Assembly: GCA_045863855.1 (NCBI GenBank)
Contig: BTVV01000031.1
Location: 1 to 59,284 of the forward strand
DNA: 59,284 nucleotides
From: Planctomycetota bacterium
Lineage (GTDB): Bacteria; Planctomycetota; SZUA-567; H5-PLA8
Direction of reading: 5' to 3'
Positions within the stretch are counted from its first letter, which is position 1, and each line of letters begins with the position of its first letter. A program made the translations under genes and the position numbers. This document shows, piece by piece, positions 47,996-57,592 of the stretch. The notes under the pieces are model-generated. The model had not been told where the DNA came from. It saw nothing but the letters and a program-made list of their open reading frames with translations, and did not search any database.

Positions 47996-49759
47996 CTACC
48001 AGGAAAGCTGGAAGTTGAAGACGAGATTGTTGTTCCTGACTTCGCGGACCTGGCGCAGGCCGATTTCGTTTTCTTCTTCATCGTCTTCGTTGACGATGTT
48101 GTAATTGACCTGCAGCTTCGCGTTATGCCCTTGCAGGCGGTAGTTGATGCCGAACGTAATGACATCGGTCGCGAAGTCGTCGATGCGGCGAATCTCGTAC
48201 ACCTGACCCTGGTACAGCAGGTTCTGCATGCGTTCGTAGCGGAATGCGAACTCCATCGGCTTGAGCAGGTTGCGGCTCCAGAAGCCGCCGTTCTTGAGGC
48301 TTTCGCCCCAGATGCTTTCGTCGAGCCGGTAGCCGAACGCGCCGTAGTACCCCTCGAGCATAAAATTGCCGGGAAGGAAGGACGTGTTGCCCTCGTAGGT
48401 AAGCACCTGATTGGGCGCGAAGCGGTCGCGGATGCGGCCCCATTCGCCTCGCAGCCAGAAGCCTTTCATGGGGCCCGCGGGGCGGTACATCAACCAGCCC
48501 AACTGCATCGCATGAATGAAATCGACTCGGTTCAGGCCATCCAACCCTGTAGGGTTGTTCAGATTGCGGCTGCCTGCCTCCCCGCCCGTTCCGTAAACCA
48601 TGCTGTAGCCGAGTTCCAGGTCGCCCCAGGTCTCGTGGCCCCAGAGCGGACGCACTTGCAGCGCGCCCAGCACATCTTTCTCGTCGTTGTCGTCCGAACG
48701 GTTCGAGCGCCGCTCGAACGCCGAACCGGCGCCGTTGAACGCGCCGACCCAGTATTGAATCCGGTCGTCCCACCACGAGCCGTGCATCATCACGCCCTGG
48801 TCGCGCACGCTCGCCGGCTGCGTGATCATCGCGCGCTCGACAAAATCGAGCTCGCCCGCGTCGCGCCAGCCTTCTTCGCCCAAGCGGCGCTTCATTTGGC
48901 CCACGCGCAGCGAATGGTGCGGAATGACGCCATGCAGATCGACCCAGGCGTCTTCCAGCAGGCGGCCGGCCTCCGCCGATCCGTTACGCACCGCATCGTT
49001 CCGCACGCTGCCGATGGCTTCCGAGACAAAACCGCCCGCTCCGTCGTCCACCGCGCGCAGGCCCGAGTTCCAGTGCACGGCGCTCTCGCCCGAATACCCG
49101 CTGCCCAGATTGGTCGGAAAGGTCGGATACGAAGTCGCTTCGCGCGCCGGATCGAGCATCACGAAGGCCGTCAGGTTGTCGCTGATTTCGGCCGTGAACC
49201 GGAGCTGCGTGCGGCGCATGCGGAACGAATCGTTGTCGTGCGTCTCGTTCGATCCGTACTGCGTGCCTCCGATCGGAATCTCGTTCGGGTTCACCCAGCC
49301 CAGCGTGTCGTTCTGGATGCTGTAGTACCAGACCTGCACCAAGCCGCCGATGGTCAGCTTGCCCTTGCGCGTCGTCACCGCCTGCTCTGCCGCGCCGTAC
49401 TTGCGGTCCACCGCGTCGTCCACGGTGATGTACGAGGAACCCTTGATCGGCGTGAACTCGTCCAGCTTCTTCTTGAGCGTCTCGTTCTCGGACTTGTAGA
49501 ACAGCGCCTCCACCGACGAAGGCTGACCTCCGGAACCCTTGTTCTGCTCGAGGAGCTGCTTGACCACTTCGCGTAACTGGTCGTTGTCGCGCTTTAGGTT
49601 TTCGAATTCGGTCCGCGAAACGTTTTCGGCGGCAGCGGCCGGTGCGCCTTCTACCGGCGGCGGCGGCGCGCCTTCTTCGGACGCCCAAACGGCAGAGCAA
49701 GCGCACAACACCGCGCCGGCCCAAACCCACCCCGAAATCAGCGACTTGGAGCACGCCAT
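47996..49759 (-). CDS. Outer-membrane porin (OprO/OprP-like) with N-terminal coiled coil
   Basis: Signal peptide, coiled coil, FRMRRTQL, EDAWVD, RVGQMK, amphipathic strands, C-terminal FNFQLSW. Confidence 0.85.
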   Translation of the reverse strand: MACSKSLISGWVWAGAVLCACSAVWASEEGAPPPPVEGAPAAAAENVSRTEFENLKRDNDQLREVVKQLLEQNKGSGGQPSSVEALFYKSENETLKKKLDEFTPIKGSSYITVDDAVDRKYGAAEQAVTTRKGKLTIGGLVQVWYYSIQNDTLGWVNPNEIPIGGTQYGSNETHDNDSFRMRRTQLRFTAEISDNLTAFVMLDPAREATSYPTFPTNLGSGYSGESAVHWNSGLRAVDDGAGGFVSEAIGSVRNDAVRNGSAEAGRLLEDAWVDLHGVIPHHSLRVGQMKRRLGEEGWRDAGELDFVERAMITQPASVRDQGVMMHGSWWDDRIQYWVGAFNGAGSAFERRSNRSDDNDEKDVLGALQVRPLWGHETWGDLELGYSMVYGTGGEAGSRNLNNPTGLDGLNRVDFIHAMQLGWLMYRPAGPMKGFWLRGEWGRIRDRFAPNQVLTYEGNTSFLPGNFMLEGYYGAFGYRLDESIWGESLKNGGFWSRNLLKPMEFAFRYERMQNLLYQGQVYEIRRIDDFATDVITFGINYRLQGHNAKLQVNYNIVNEDDEEENEIGLRQVREVRNNNLVFNFQLSW

Positions 49760-50451
49760 GGAATATGCATTCCGCGCCGAGAACTCCGAGTTGCCGGACC
49801 CGTCAAGGCGCGGCCACTCGTAAGTCCTGAAACCTGAAGATCGAAGAACGGTTTATAGTCCGTTTTCGAACCCCGGTCAATCGTCTAAAATCAATCGCTT
49901 CGACCCACCTCGCCACGCATGCTTGAAGTCCCATGGAAACCCTTCAAGCTTGGGTATCGTCCGGCTTGGGGGTGTATTTTAGTTAAGGCTATAATTGGTT
50001 TGGGGGCGTTCACTCAACGTTAGGTGGTGCGAGCAACCGGCTCAACACACTTAGTGCATAACTTTGAGCGCAGCTTGGATGCGGACGGTGGCCCTGCCAT
50101 AATGCCACATTGTTAATTACTATTGCGCATTGAGGTGCACGCCAAATTGGATAAATGATGTACAAATTGCATGCGAAATTTTGGTGTAAATCGGCGCGCC
50201 AATATATCGATTTGACCCGTACAATCGTTCGGCGTAATGGAAATTCTTCTTGCCCTGCGCAAACAAAAGCATAAGGTATTCGTTCCCTACGCAACCCGAA
50301 GTTGGGAACGGAGCGCTTTCGAATTGATCTCAAGGAACCCAGATCGTTTGTGGCTGCCGTGAGGTCGATTCAAGAACGTCTGAGCGCAATCATTACAAAC
50401 ACGCATTGAGATTGGGCTGAGCAAAGGTTTGGCTCTAAAAGGAGACTTCGC

Positions 50452-53400
50452 ATGCGGTCGACGAGTACACGGGTTCTGTTAGCCAGTTTGCTGGGCCTTG
50501 CGGCTTGGGCCTGGACGGCTCCGCGCGCGGAGGCAGCGGCGGTCGTGACGTACGTGGACATCCTGCGCCCGACGGGCGGCGAAGTCTTCGTTAACGGCCA
50601 ACAACAGCTCATCGCGGTGCAGTTGCACTCCAAGGTCGCGACGTGCACGATCGAACTGAGCCGCGACGGTGGGCTGACCTTCACCGAGATCGTCGGCACG
50701 ATCAATAACCTTAAGATCAATCGTCGGCCTGTACACGAAGTGGCCTTTCCCATCGTCGGGCCGGATTCGCCCGAGTGCGTTTTGCGCGCGACGGCCTTGG
50801 TGGCTCCGAAAAATCTTCAGTTCACCGATACGACCGCCGTCTTCACCATCGGCTCCCCGAACCTGATCCCCGGCTCGGTGACGGAATCCATCCTGGCCAT
50901 GAACGCGGTCAGCACGGTCAAGATTCAGGATGGCGCGGTCACTTCCGCCAAGATTGCCGACGGAACGGTTTCGAGCGCCGATATCGCCGACGGTGCGGTC
51001 GGTAGCGCGGACATCGCCGACGGTTCGGTCAGCAGCACGGACATCGCCGACGGCACCATCGTGGATAGCGACTTGGCCGACGGCTCGGTGACGAACCCCA
51101 AGATCGCCGATCTGGCGGTGACGACTTCGAAGCTGGGCGACGGCGCGGTGACGAGCGCCAAGATCCTGGACAGCACGATCGTGGCAAACGACATCGCCAA
51201 CGCGACGATCACACCAGCGAAGCTGCAGCAGTCCGATCCGGGCCAGATCCTGGTCGCGCAAGGCGTGGGTAACGCGGTGGAATACAAAGCGCTGAGCGGC
51301 GACGTGATTCTGGGCGCGACGGGCCTCACCACCATCACGGCCGGCGCGGTCGGCACGTCCGAACTGATCGGCCAGTCGGTCACGCGCGCCAAGCTCGAAC
51401 GCGCGGGCCTCGGACAGCTTATCGTCGGCCAAGGCCCCGGCGCGGACATGGACTTCAAGACCCTCAGCGGCGACGCGACGCTGGATCTGAACGGCGCGTT
51501 GCTCATCAACAACAGCGCTATCACCACGGGTAAGATCGCCGACAATGCGATCACCACCGGTAAGATCCTCGACGGTCAGGTGCAGACCGCCGACCTCGCC
51601 GACGCGTCGGTGACCAACGCCAAGGCAGCGCCTGAAATTCATCGCGATAACGAAACGAAGGACGTGCAGTTCGTCGGTAACGGGTCCAGCACTGTCTTCC
51701 TGGACGACGCGGGCACCAGCAACACCACCTCCGGCGCCTTCCTGGTTGGCGTCTTTGACGAGTTCAACAGCTTTAACGCAACGAACGTGCAGGCCGCCCT
51801 CTCCGCGCTCAGCGTCGGGCTGGATCAGGCGAGCCGCAAGTTCAATCCCATCGGCACGCCGGACAATTCGGGCAGCATCACTCTGGACGCGGCCGGCGAT
51901 ACGCAAGTTGACTTCCAGGGCACGGCAGGCCTGCGTGTCTTCGGCGTCAGCCCGCTCGACGGCGTGAACGGCGCGCGCACCGTCACCTTCACGGTCCGCA
52001 ACGGCGGCCTCACGGCGACGCAGATTCAAGATACGGTGGCCGGCGACGGCCTTTCCGGCGGCACCGTTCTGGATGGTGCGCCCGGCACGGCCTTGGCCGT
52101 CAACGTGGCCGCTCCCCTCGCGATCATCACCGATACGGTCAACATTTCGGACGATGGCATCAACGGGACCAAGCTGGCCGACGACATCGTCGCGGACAAC
52201 AGCACGCAGGAAATCTCGTTCCCGCAGGCCAACGGGTTCTTCCAGCTCAATTTCGACGGCTCGTCTTCGGGCAATCAGCAGGTCTTCCGCATCAATCGCG
52301 GCGGCGGCGCCGGGACCGACCTCCTGTTCCTGGAAGCCGACGGCGACCTGTTCGTGGGCGGCAACCTCGACCTGCGCGGCAACCTCTTCGATGGCTCGGA
52401 CGGCATCGTGAATGTCGGCAGCGCGTTGAACCTTGGCGCGAACAACCTCACCACCACCGGCACCATCAACGCCGGCACGATCAACGCCAACAGCTTGGCC
52501 GTCAGCGGCATTTCGTCCGCCACCAACGCGATCGTGACCATCGACAACGACGACAACGGATCCAACACCTTCCAGATCATCGGCAACACCGGTGGTGCGC
52601 TGACCTTGGCCACGCTGGACGAGACGTCCCTCTTCACGCTCGGGCCGACTTCGGCGGCGACTCCCACGATCACGACCCAGGGCTCCAACAACCTGACCCT
52701 GGATGCGGCGAGCAACCTCGTTGTCGTGAATGCCGGCTTGCAGGTCAACGGCGTGCTGAACATGAACAGCAACAACATCACCAACGTCAACGGCATCACG
52801 GCCACGACCTTTACCGGCAACGGCGCTGCGCTGACCAACGTGGACGCCGCGACGCTGGGCGGAAACAACGCCGCCTTCTTCCGCAACGCCACCAACATCA
52901 ACGCCGGCACGATCGGCTCGGCCTTCCTGCCCACCAACGTCGCGCTGCTGGACGCCGTCCAGACCTTCTCGGTGACGCACACCTTCCAGCCGGCCAGCGA
53001 CTCGGTTTCGGCCATCGTGCGCCAGACGACCTTCGCCGGTCCCAGCGCCGATATCTTCCAAATCACCAACCCGGGCGGCGCAACTAAGTTCTTCTTCCTC
53101 GACGCCAACGGCCGCGTACAGGTCACCAGTTCCCTCCTGCTCGATACCGGCGCGGGATCGAACCTGACGCTGGTGGAAGGCGGCTTCTCCTACAACAGCG
53201 CCGCGACCGAAACCCTCGCCATCTCCAACGCGGGCGCGGGCCAGACTGATCTTTCGATCGAAGGTAACCTTACGGGCAACAACACGACGGCCTTCACCAT
53301 CACCGGCTCTGCCGGCATGAACCTCAGCACCGGCAACAACCTTGACCTGACCGTCACCGCCAACGGTACGGGCGAGATGGACGTTAACCGCATCCTCAAT

Positions 53401-53925
53401 GCCGCCGCCGGAGTGAATGTCTCCACGGCGCCGCTGACGATGGGCGGACAGAACATCACGGGCGTCGGCAATACGCTCAGCAGCTCCAACGGTACGTTTA
53501 CCGTCACGAGCACGGCCGGTTCCGGTACGGTCAACCTGACGGCGACCGGCGCCGGCAACGCGTCGGTGAACGCCACGGGCGGCACGGTGGCCCTGAACGG
53601 CACCGCGGCGAGCGGCGGCACCATCACCACCAACACCACTATCGACGGAGCGGCCGGTAATTCGGCGAGCAGCACTTCGGCCACACCCAGCGTAATTAAT
53701 CTCTCGGCCGTCATCATTACCGCCGACACCACCATCACCAACCTGACCGGCGGCATCGCCGGCCAGGTGGTGACCATCGTGGCGGGAGCGGGAACCGCCT
53801 CCGTTCAGGTCGCGGACGCCGGAAATTTCGCTCTGAGTGCCGCGTTTAACGGCAACGTGGACGATACCCTGACGGTGGTCTTCAACGGCACGCAGTGGAT
53901 CGAGGTTACCCGCTCCACTAACTGA
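50452..53925 (+). CDS. Large secreted surface protein with tail-fibre-like repeats
   Basis: AAGGAG SD, Sec signal ending AEA, Ig-like domain (PTGGE..IELSRDGG), decapeptide repeats, G/T/N/A-rich beta region. Confidence 0.88.
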   Translation: MRSTSTRVLLASLLGLAAWAWTAPRAEAAAVVTYVDILRPTGGEVFVNGQQQLIAVQLHSKVATCTIELSRDGGLTFTEIVGTINNLKINRRPVHEVAFPIVGPDSPECVLRATALVAPKNLQFTDTTAVFTIGSPNLIPGSVTESILAMNAVSTVKIQDGAVTSAKIADGTVSSADIADGAVGSADIADGSVSSTDIADGTIVDSDLADGSVTNPKIADLAVTTSKLGDGAVTSAKILDSTIVANDIANATITPAKLQQSDPGQILVAQGVGNAVEYKALSGDVILGATGLTTITAGAVGTSELIGQSVTRAKLERAGLGQLIVGQGPGADMDFKTLSGDATLDLNGALLINNSAITTGKIADNAITTGKILDGQVQTADLADASVTNAKAAPEIHRDNETKDVQFVGNGSSTVFLDDAGTSNTTSGAFLVGVFDEFNSFNATNVQAALSALSVGLDQASRKFNPIGTPDNSGSITLDAAGDTQVDFQGTAGLRVFGVSPLDGVNGARTVTFTVRNGGLTATQIQDTVAGDGLSGGTVLDGAPGTALAVNVAAPLAIITDTVNISDDGINGTKLADDIVADNSTQEISFPQANGFFQLNFDGSSSGNQQVFRINRGGGAGTDLLFLEADGDLFVGGNLDLRGNLFDGSDGIVNVGSALNLGANNLTTTGTINAGTINANSLAVSGISSATNAIVTIDNDDNGSNTFQIIGNTGGALTLATLDETSLFTLGPTSAATPTITTQGSNNLTLDAASNLVVVNAGLQVNGVLNMNSNNITNVNGITATTFTGNGAALTNVDAATLGGNNAAFFRNATNINAGTIGSAFLPTNVALLDAVQTFSVTHTFQPASDSVSAIVRQTTFAGPSADIFQITNPGGATKFFFLDANGRVQVTSSLLLDTGAGSNLTLVEGGFSYNSAATETLAISNAGAGQTDLSIEGNLTGNNTTAFTITGSAGMNLSTGNNLDLTVTANGTGEMDVNRILNAAAGVNVSTAPLTMGGQNITGVGNTLSSSNGTFTVTSTAGSGTVNLTATGAGNASVNATGGTVALNGTAASGGTITTNTTIDGAAGNSASSTSATPSVINLSAVIITADTTITNLTGGIAGQVVTIVAGAGTASVQVADAGNFALSAAFNGNVDDTLTVVFNGTQWIEVTRSTN
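50863..51222 (+). repeat. Twelve degenerate 30-bp coding repeats (consensus IADGxVxxxK/D)
   Basis: IQDGAVTSAK IADGTVSSAD IADGAVGSAD IADGSVSSTD etc. Confidence 0.9.
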
Positions 53926-53947
53926 TCCGGCGCCTGTTGCCTTTCCC

Positions 53948-53983
53948 AAACGAGGGAACCCCACGGGTTCCCTCGTTTGTTTT
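53948..53983 (+). terminator. Intrinsic terminator
   Basis: AAACGAGGGAACCC / GGGTTCCCTCGTTT 14-bp stem followed by GTTTT. Confidence 0.88.
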
Positions 53984-54011
53984 CGGCCTCGCGGAGAATT
54001 ACAATCCCGCC

Positions 54012-55184
54012 ATGCGTACGCGACTCCCCCACCCCTGGATCGGTTGCGCGCTCCTGGCGCTGGCGTGCCGCTCGGCCGGCTTGAGCGCGGGCGAATTCCA
54101 TCCGCCGCCGCCGATCCCCGGACCCATGCCGCAGCCAGCCCCCACTTTGCCTATAGTTACGCCCGAAGCGCCGAAGCCGGAGATCGGACCCAAGTCCCTA
54201 CCTGGCCCGCCGGCCGCGCCCGAACGCCTTGCGCCGGTCGCTCCGCCGGCGCCGCAGCCTACACGAGCCCCCGAAGCGGCGGCCGCCCCGGACGGTGAAA
54301 CGGCGCCCAAAGACGAACCTGAAGAGCCCAAGGAACCCGACGAACCCGCTCCGCCCGCCAGCTTGTACGTCCACCTCAAGGGCGCCGGTGCGGTGGCGGC
54401 CTTCGCCGCCGATCTGGCCTTGGCCGCGCGGACGGACGAAGGGCTGCTCGCGCACCCGCCGCTTAAGGACGCGCTGGCCGATGTGTCGCCCACGCATCTG
54501 TGCTTCCAGCTTACGGCGCTGCTGTGCGCCCTGGCCGGCGGGCCCGAACGCTACACCGGCGAACCGCTCCCGGCGCTCTACAAGCGCCTCGATCTGGGTC
54601 CGCCGCAATGGCAGGCGCTCCAGACGCTCTTCGAACGCACGCTCGAGGCCCGCAAGACCGATCCCGATGTCCGCGAAGCGTGGCTGCAGCAGTTCGCGCG
54701 GCTCCAAAAGCTGCTCCAGGCCAGCGACGACCGCCTGGAAACGTACCGCCTCGACGCCAAGCGCTTCGAACTGCTGCTCCCGCGATCCTGGGAGCGCCGC
54801 GAGGGCAAGGGCGAGACGATCTTCACCGTTTACAGCCCCGCGATAAGCCCCAAGGACACGTTTCGCGAGCACATCGCGCTGGTGATTCAGGCGCTGCCGC
54901 TCGAGATGACCGCGGCGGAAGTCGGCAAGTCGTGGCTGCTGACCGCCGGGAAGCAGGTCCAGGATTTCAAGCTGCTGGCGCACGGCCCCGCGGGCTGGGA
55001 AGGACGCGACGTCTACCGCATTTCCTACACCGGCCGGGTCGGCGAACAGGCGATCGCCGTGACGTGCTGCGTGAGCGTGCGGGGCCTGGAAAGCTTTACG
55101 CTCAACGGCATTGCCGCCGCCGATCAGGCGGATGCTTTCAAGCCGGCCTTCGAAGCGATCGCCAAGTCGCTGAAGCTGGAGTGA
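54012..55184 (+). CDS. Exported protein: Pro-rich linker, group I truncated-globin-like domain, PsbP/DcrB-like domain
   Basis: Signal peptide; SLYVHLKG..LCALAGGPERYTG globin signature; FELLLPRSW..DTFREHI..FEAIAKSLKL. Confidence 0.78.
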   Translation: MRTRLPHPWIGCALLALACRSAGLSAGEFHPPPPIPGPMPQPAPTLPIVTPEAPKPEIGPKSLPGPPAAPERLAPVAPPAPQPTRAPEAAAAPDGETAPKDEPEEPKEPDEPAPPASLYVHLKGAGAVAAFAADLALAARTDEGLLAHPPLKDALADVSPTHLCFQLTALLCALAGGPERYTGEPLPALYKRLDLGPPQWQALQTLFERTLEARKTDPDVREAWLQQFARLQKLLQASDDRLETYRLDAKRFELLLPRSWERREGKGETIFTVYSPAISPKDTFREHIALVIQALPLEMTAAEVGKSWLLTAGKQVQDFKLLAHGPAGWEGRDVYRISYTGRVGEQAIAVTCCVSVRGLESFTLNGIAAADQADAFKPAFEAIAKSLKLE

Positions 55185-55192
55185 CCCGACCG

Positions 55193-56542
55193 ATGCCGTG
55201 CGCCGTGAAACCGCGTTCGATCCGGTGGAGCGCCGTGGCCGCGCTGGCGTTGCTGGCCGCGTGCAGCCAGCCGCCTGCCCCCGCGCCGGGCCCGACGGCG
55301 TCCGAAGAGAAGCTCCGCGCGCAGCTCGAGGAACTCCAGAAGCGCGTCGCGGCGCTGGAAGCGCGACCGGCCGCGCCCGTGCCCGCCGAGGCCGCTCCGG
55401 CCGCGGCCGGCGACGGGCTGCTCGAGATGCTCCGTTCGACGGACCCGGAGGTCGTTGCGCCGGCCGCCCAGTTGGCGCGGCGGCTGCCGACGCCCGAACG
55501 GATCGCCGTGCTGATCGACCTGGCGCGCGATACCGCGCGCGACCGCAAGCTGCGCGAACCGGCCCTCGACGCGCTGGGCGGCCTCAAGCAGCCTGCCGCG
55601 CTGGACGCCCTCGCCGCGCTGCTCAAGGATCCCGACGAACAGGTTGTCGCCCGCGCCGCTCGCTCGCTGGCCGAAGCGCGCCGGGCCTCGGACCTCGCGG
55701 CGATTCTGGAAGCGTACGCCGCGCTGAACGCGCCGCCGCCGTCCGGGCCGGCCGGCATCGCACGCGCGGGCTTGCTCGAAGCCCTGCGCAAGCTGGGCGA
55801 CCGCCGCGCCACGCCGCTGTTGCTCGAAATCCTGAACGGTCCCAACGCCGAACTGCAGGCCCACGCGGCACTTACGCTGCGCGAACTGCGCGATCCGGAA
55901 GCCGTTCCGGGCATCGCCGAGTGGCTGCGCAAGCACGCGCCCGCTCCGGACCGCCCCGCCGATGCCGCGGTGATGGCCGTGCAAGCGCTGGCGGCGGCGG
56001 AAGATCCGCGCGCCGGGCCGGTCGTCCTCGAACTGGCCCGCGGCCCGCACGCGCAACTGCGCGGCGCGGCGCTCCCGGCGCTGCAAAGCGTCAGCGGTCC
56101 CGATCTGGCCGTGCCGCTGCTGAGTTTCCTGAACGAGGTGGCCGCCAAGGGCGATCCGCGCGATCCGCGCCTCGAATCGCTCCTGCGAGCGGTGGCGCGA
56201 ACGAAGTCCCCCGATGCCGTGGCGCCGCTGCTGGCTTGGATGGAACGGCGCCTGACGGAGCCCTTGCAGCCGGTGGCGCAGCAGACGCTGGAGGCCGTCG
56301 CTCTGCCCACGCACGCGCAAGCGCTGGCCGATGCGCACGCCGGATCGAAGAACCCGTTTGTGCGCTCGGCTTTAGAGCAACTTCTGCGCAACGGGAACTT
56401 CGGCGTCGAGTACGAGGCCGCGAGCCAGCGCTTCAAGCTGCGCGGCGACGCGCCCGCCCTGCCGCCCGCGCCGGCCCCCGAAGGGGGCAAGACCGGCGCG
56501 CCCGAGAAACCTCCCGCAGCCCCCAAGCAGGAACCGTTTTAG
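55193..56542 (+). CDS. HEAT-repeat lipoprotein
   Basis: Lipobox LLAAC, coiled coil (LRAQLEELQKRVAALE), HEAT repeats (LAALLKDPDEQVVARAARSL). Start ATG 55193 or GTG 55205. Confidence 0.82.
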   Translation: MPCAVKPRSIRWSAVAALALLAACSQPPAPAPGPTASEEKLRAQLEELQKRVAALEARPAAPVPAEAAPAAAGDGLLEMLRSTDPEVVAPAAQLARRLPTPERIAVLIDLARDTARDRKLREPALDALGGLKQPAALDALAALLKDPDEQVVARAARSLAEARRASDLAAILEAYAALNAPPPSGPAGIARAGLLEALRKLGDRRATPLLLEILNGPNAELQAHAALTLRELRDPEAVPGIAEWLRKHAPAPDRPADAAVMAVQALAAAEDPRAGPVVLELARGPHAQLRGAALPALQSVSGPDLAVPLLSFLNEVAAKGDPRDPRLESLLRAVARTKSPDAVAPLLAWMERRLTEPLQPVAQQTLEAVALPTHAQALADAHAGSKNPFVRSALEQLLRNGNFGVEYEAASQRFKLRGDAPALPPAPAPEGGKTGAPEKPPAAPKQEPF

Positions 56543-56544
56543 CG

Positions 56545-57429
56545 TTACGGCGTGTCCACGGCGAAAGGCGGAATGTCGATGGAGACAGCCGTCTCCATCC
56601 AGCGCGTGGCGGCTTGGCGGCGCGGCGTGAAGCGCCGCCGGATCGAGGGCGGCATCACGAAGTGGTAGTTGTGCTCCGGCGAATAGGTGTGCCCGGCAAA
56701 ATCGAGCGTGATGTAGTTGTAGTACAGGTTCGTGCGCAGGCCCGGCGTCGTCTTTTTAAGTCCCGTATGCAGCAACGCTTCCGAGAAGAGCAAGACATCG
56801 CCGGCGCGGCCGGTGATGCACTGGCTGCCGGGCATCTTCAGGCCGTGGTATTCGGGCGAACCCCAGTTCAAGTCGATGTGATTCTTATGGCTTCCGGGCA
56901 CGGCGATTACGCAGCCGTCGTCGGGACCGTTGTCCGTCAGGAACCAGATCGTATTCAGCATGCGGCTGCCGAGCTTCCCGGCGCGGTGTCCGTAGAGGTC
57001 CGGGGTGATCCCGCGGTGCCAGCCGTTGTGGTCGTGCCCTTGGGCTTTGGCGATGGACCAGGTGTTGACGAGCTGCGGTTCGGCGGAGTGGCGGCAGAGT
57101 TCCATAAACGCGCGCACGCGCGGGAAGACGGCGGGGTGATCGATCAATTCGTCGAAGCATAAGTCCAGCCGCAGCAACCCGTTGAGCCGCTTGTGCCCGG
57201 GCTTCTCGTCGAGCGTGGGCTGAGCGGTCTTGCCGCCGATGGTGTGCTTGAGCCGTTCGCGCTCGTCGTAGCGCAGCCCTTCGAGGCGGCGCACGGCGCC
57301 GAGGTAGCGCGCGATCTCTTCCGGCGAAAGCACACCGCGCAAAACGATGTAGCCCTGCAGGTCGAAGAGGAAGCGTTCTTCGTCGCTAACCTTCACGTCC
57401 ACTTCGGGTTCCAGCACGGCGCTGCTCAT
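56545..57429 (-). CDS. Phytanoyl-CoA dioxygenase (PhyH) family Fe/2OG enzyme
   Basis: FLFDLQGYIVL, WHRG, WFLTD, VPGSHK, AGDVLLFSEALLH and R(2OG) motifs. Confidence 0.9.
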   Translation of the reverse strand: MSSAVLEPEVDVKVSDEERFLFDLQGYIVLRGVLSPEEIARYLGAVRRLEGLRYDERERLKHTIGGKTAQPTLDEKPGHKRLNGLLRLDLCFDELIDHPAVFPRVRAFMELCRHSAEPQLVNTWSIAKAQGHDHNGWHRGITPDLYGHRAGKLGSRMLNTIWFLTDNGPDDGCVIAVPGSHKNHIDLNWGSPEYHGLKMPGSQCITGRAGDVLLFSEALLHTGLKKTTPGLRTNLYYNYITLDFAGHTYSPEHNYHFVMPPSIRRRFTPRRQAATRWMETAVSIDIPPFAVDTP

Positions 57430-57592
57430 GGCGCATGGCTCCTGGGGTTCCTGGGGCGGCGCGTTTACGAACCTGGATGGAACTCCGGCCCGCATGGCGC
57501 TCCCCTTGCCTATCGATACCGGGAGCATACGCTGTAAAGGCTTGCGGCGGCCATGGATGGCGCTGCGGAAAACATGTCGGATTCTACGCCCC

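Noticed and set aside
50863..51222. 30-bp periodic repeats as CRISPR or a DGR template
   Set aside because: They are in-frame coding decapeptides; no reverse transcriptase in the window.
50452..53925. Prophage tail gene
   Set aside because: It has a Sec signal and its own terminator, with no phage genes nearby.
50479..53964. 1161-aa antisense ORF (also 34669-37455, 47975-49576, 11984-14026, 38167-40299)
   Set aside because: Shadow frames of codon-biased high-GC genes; no motifs of their own.
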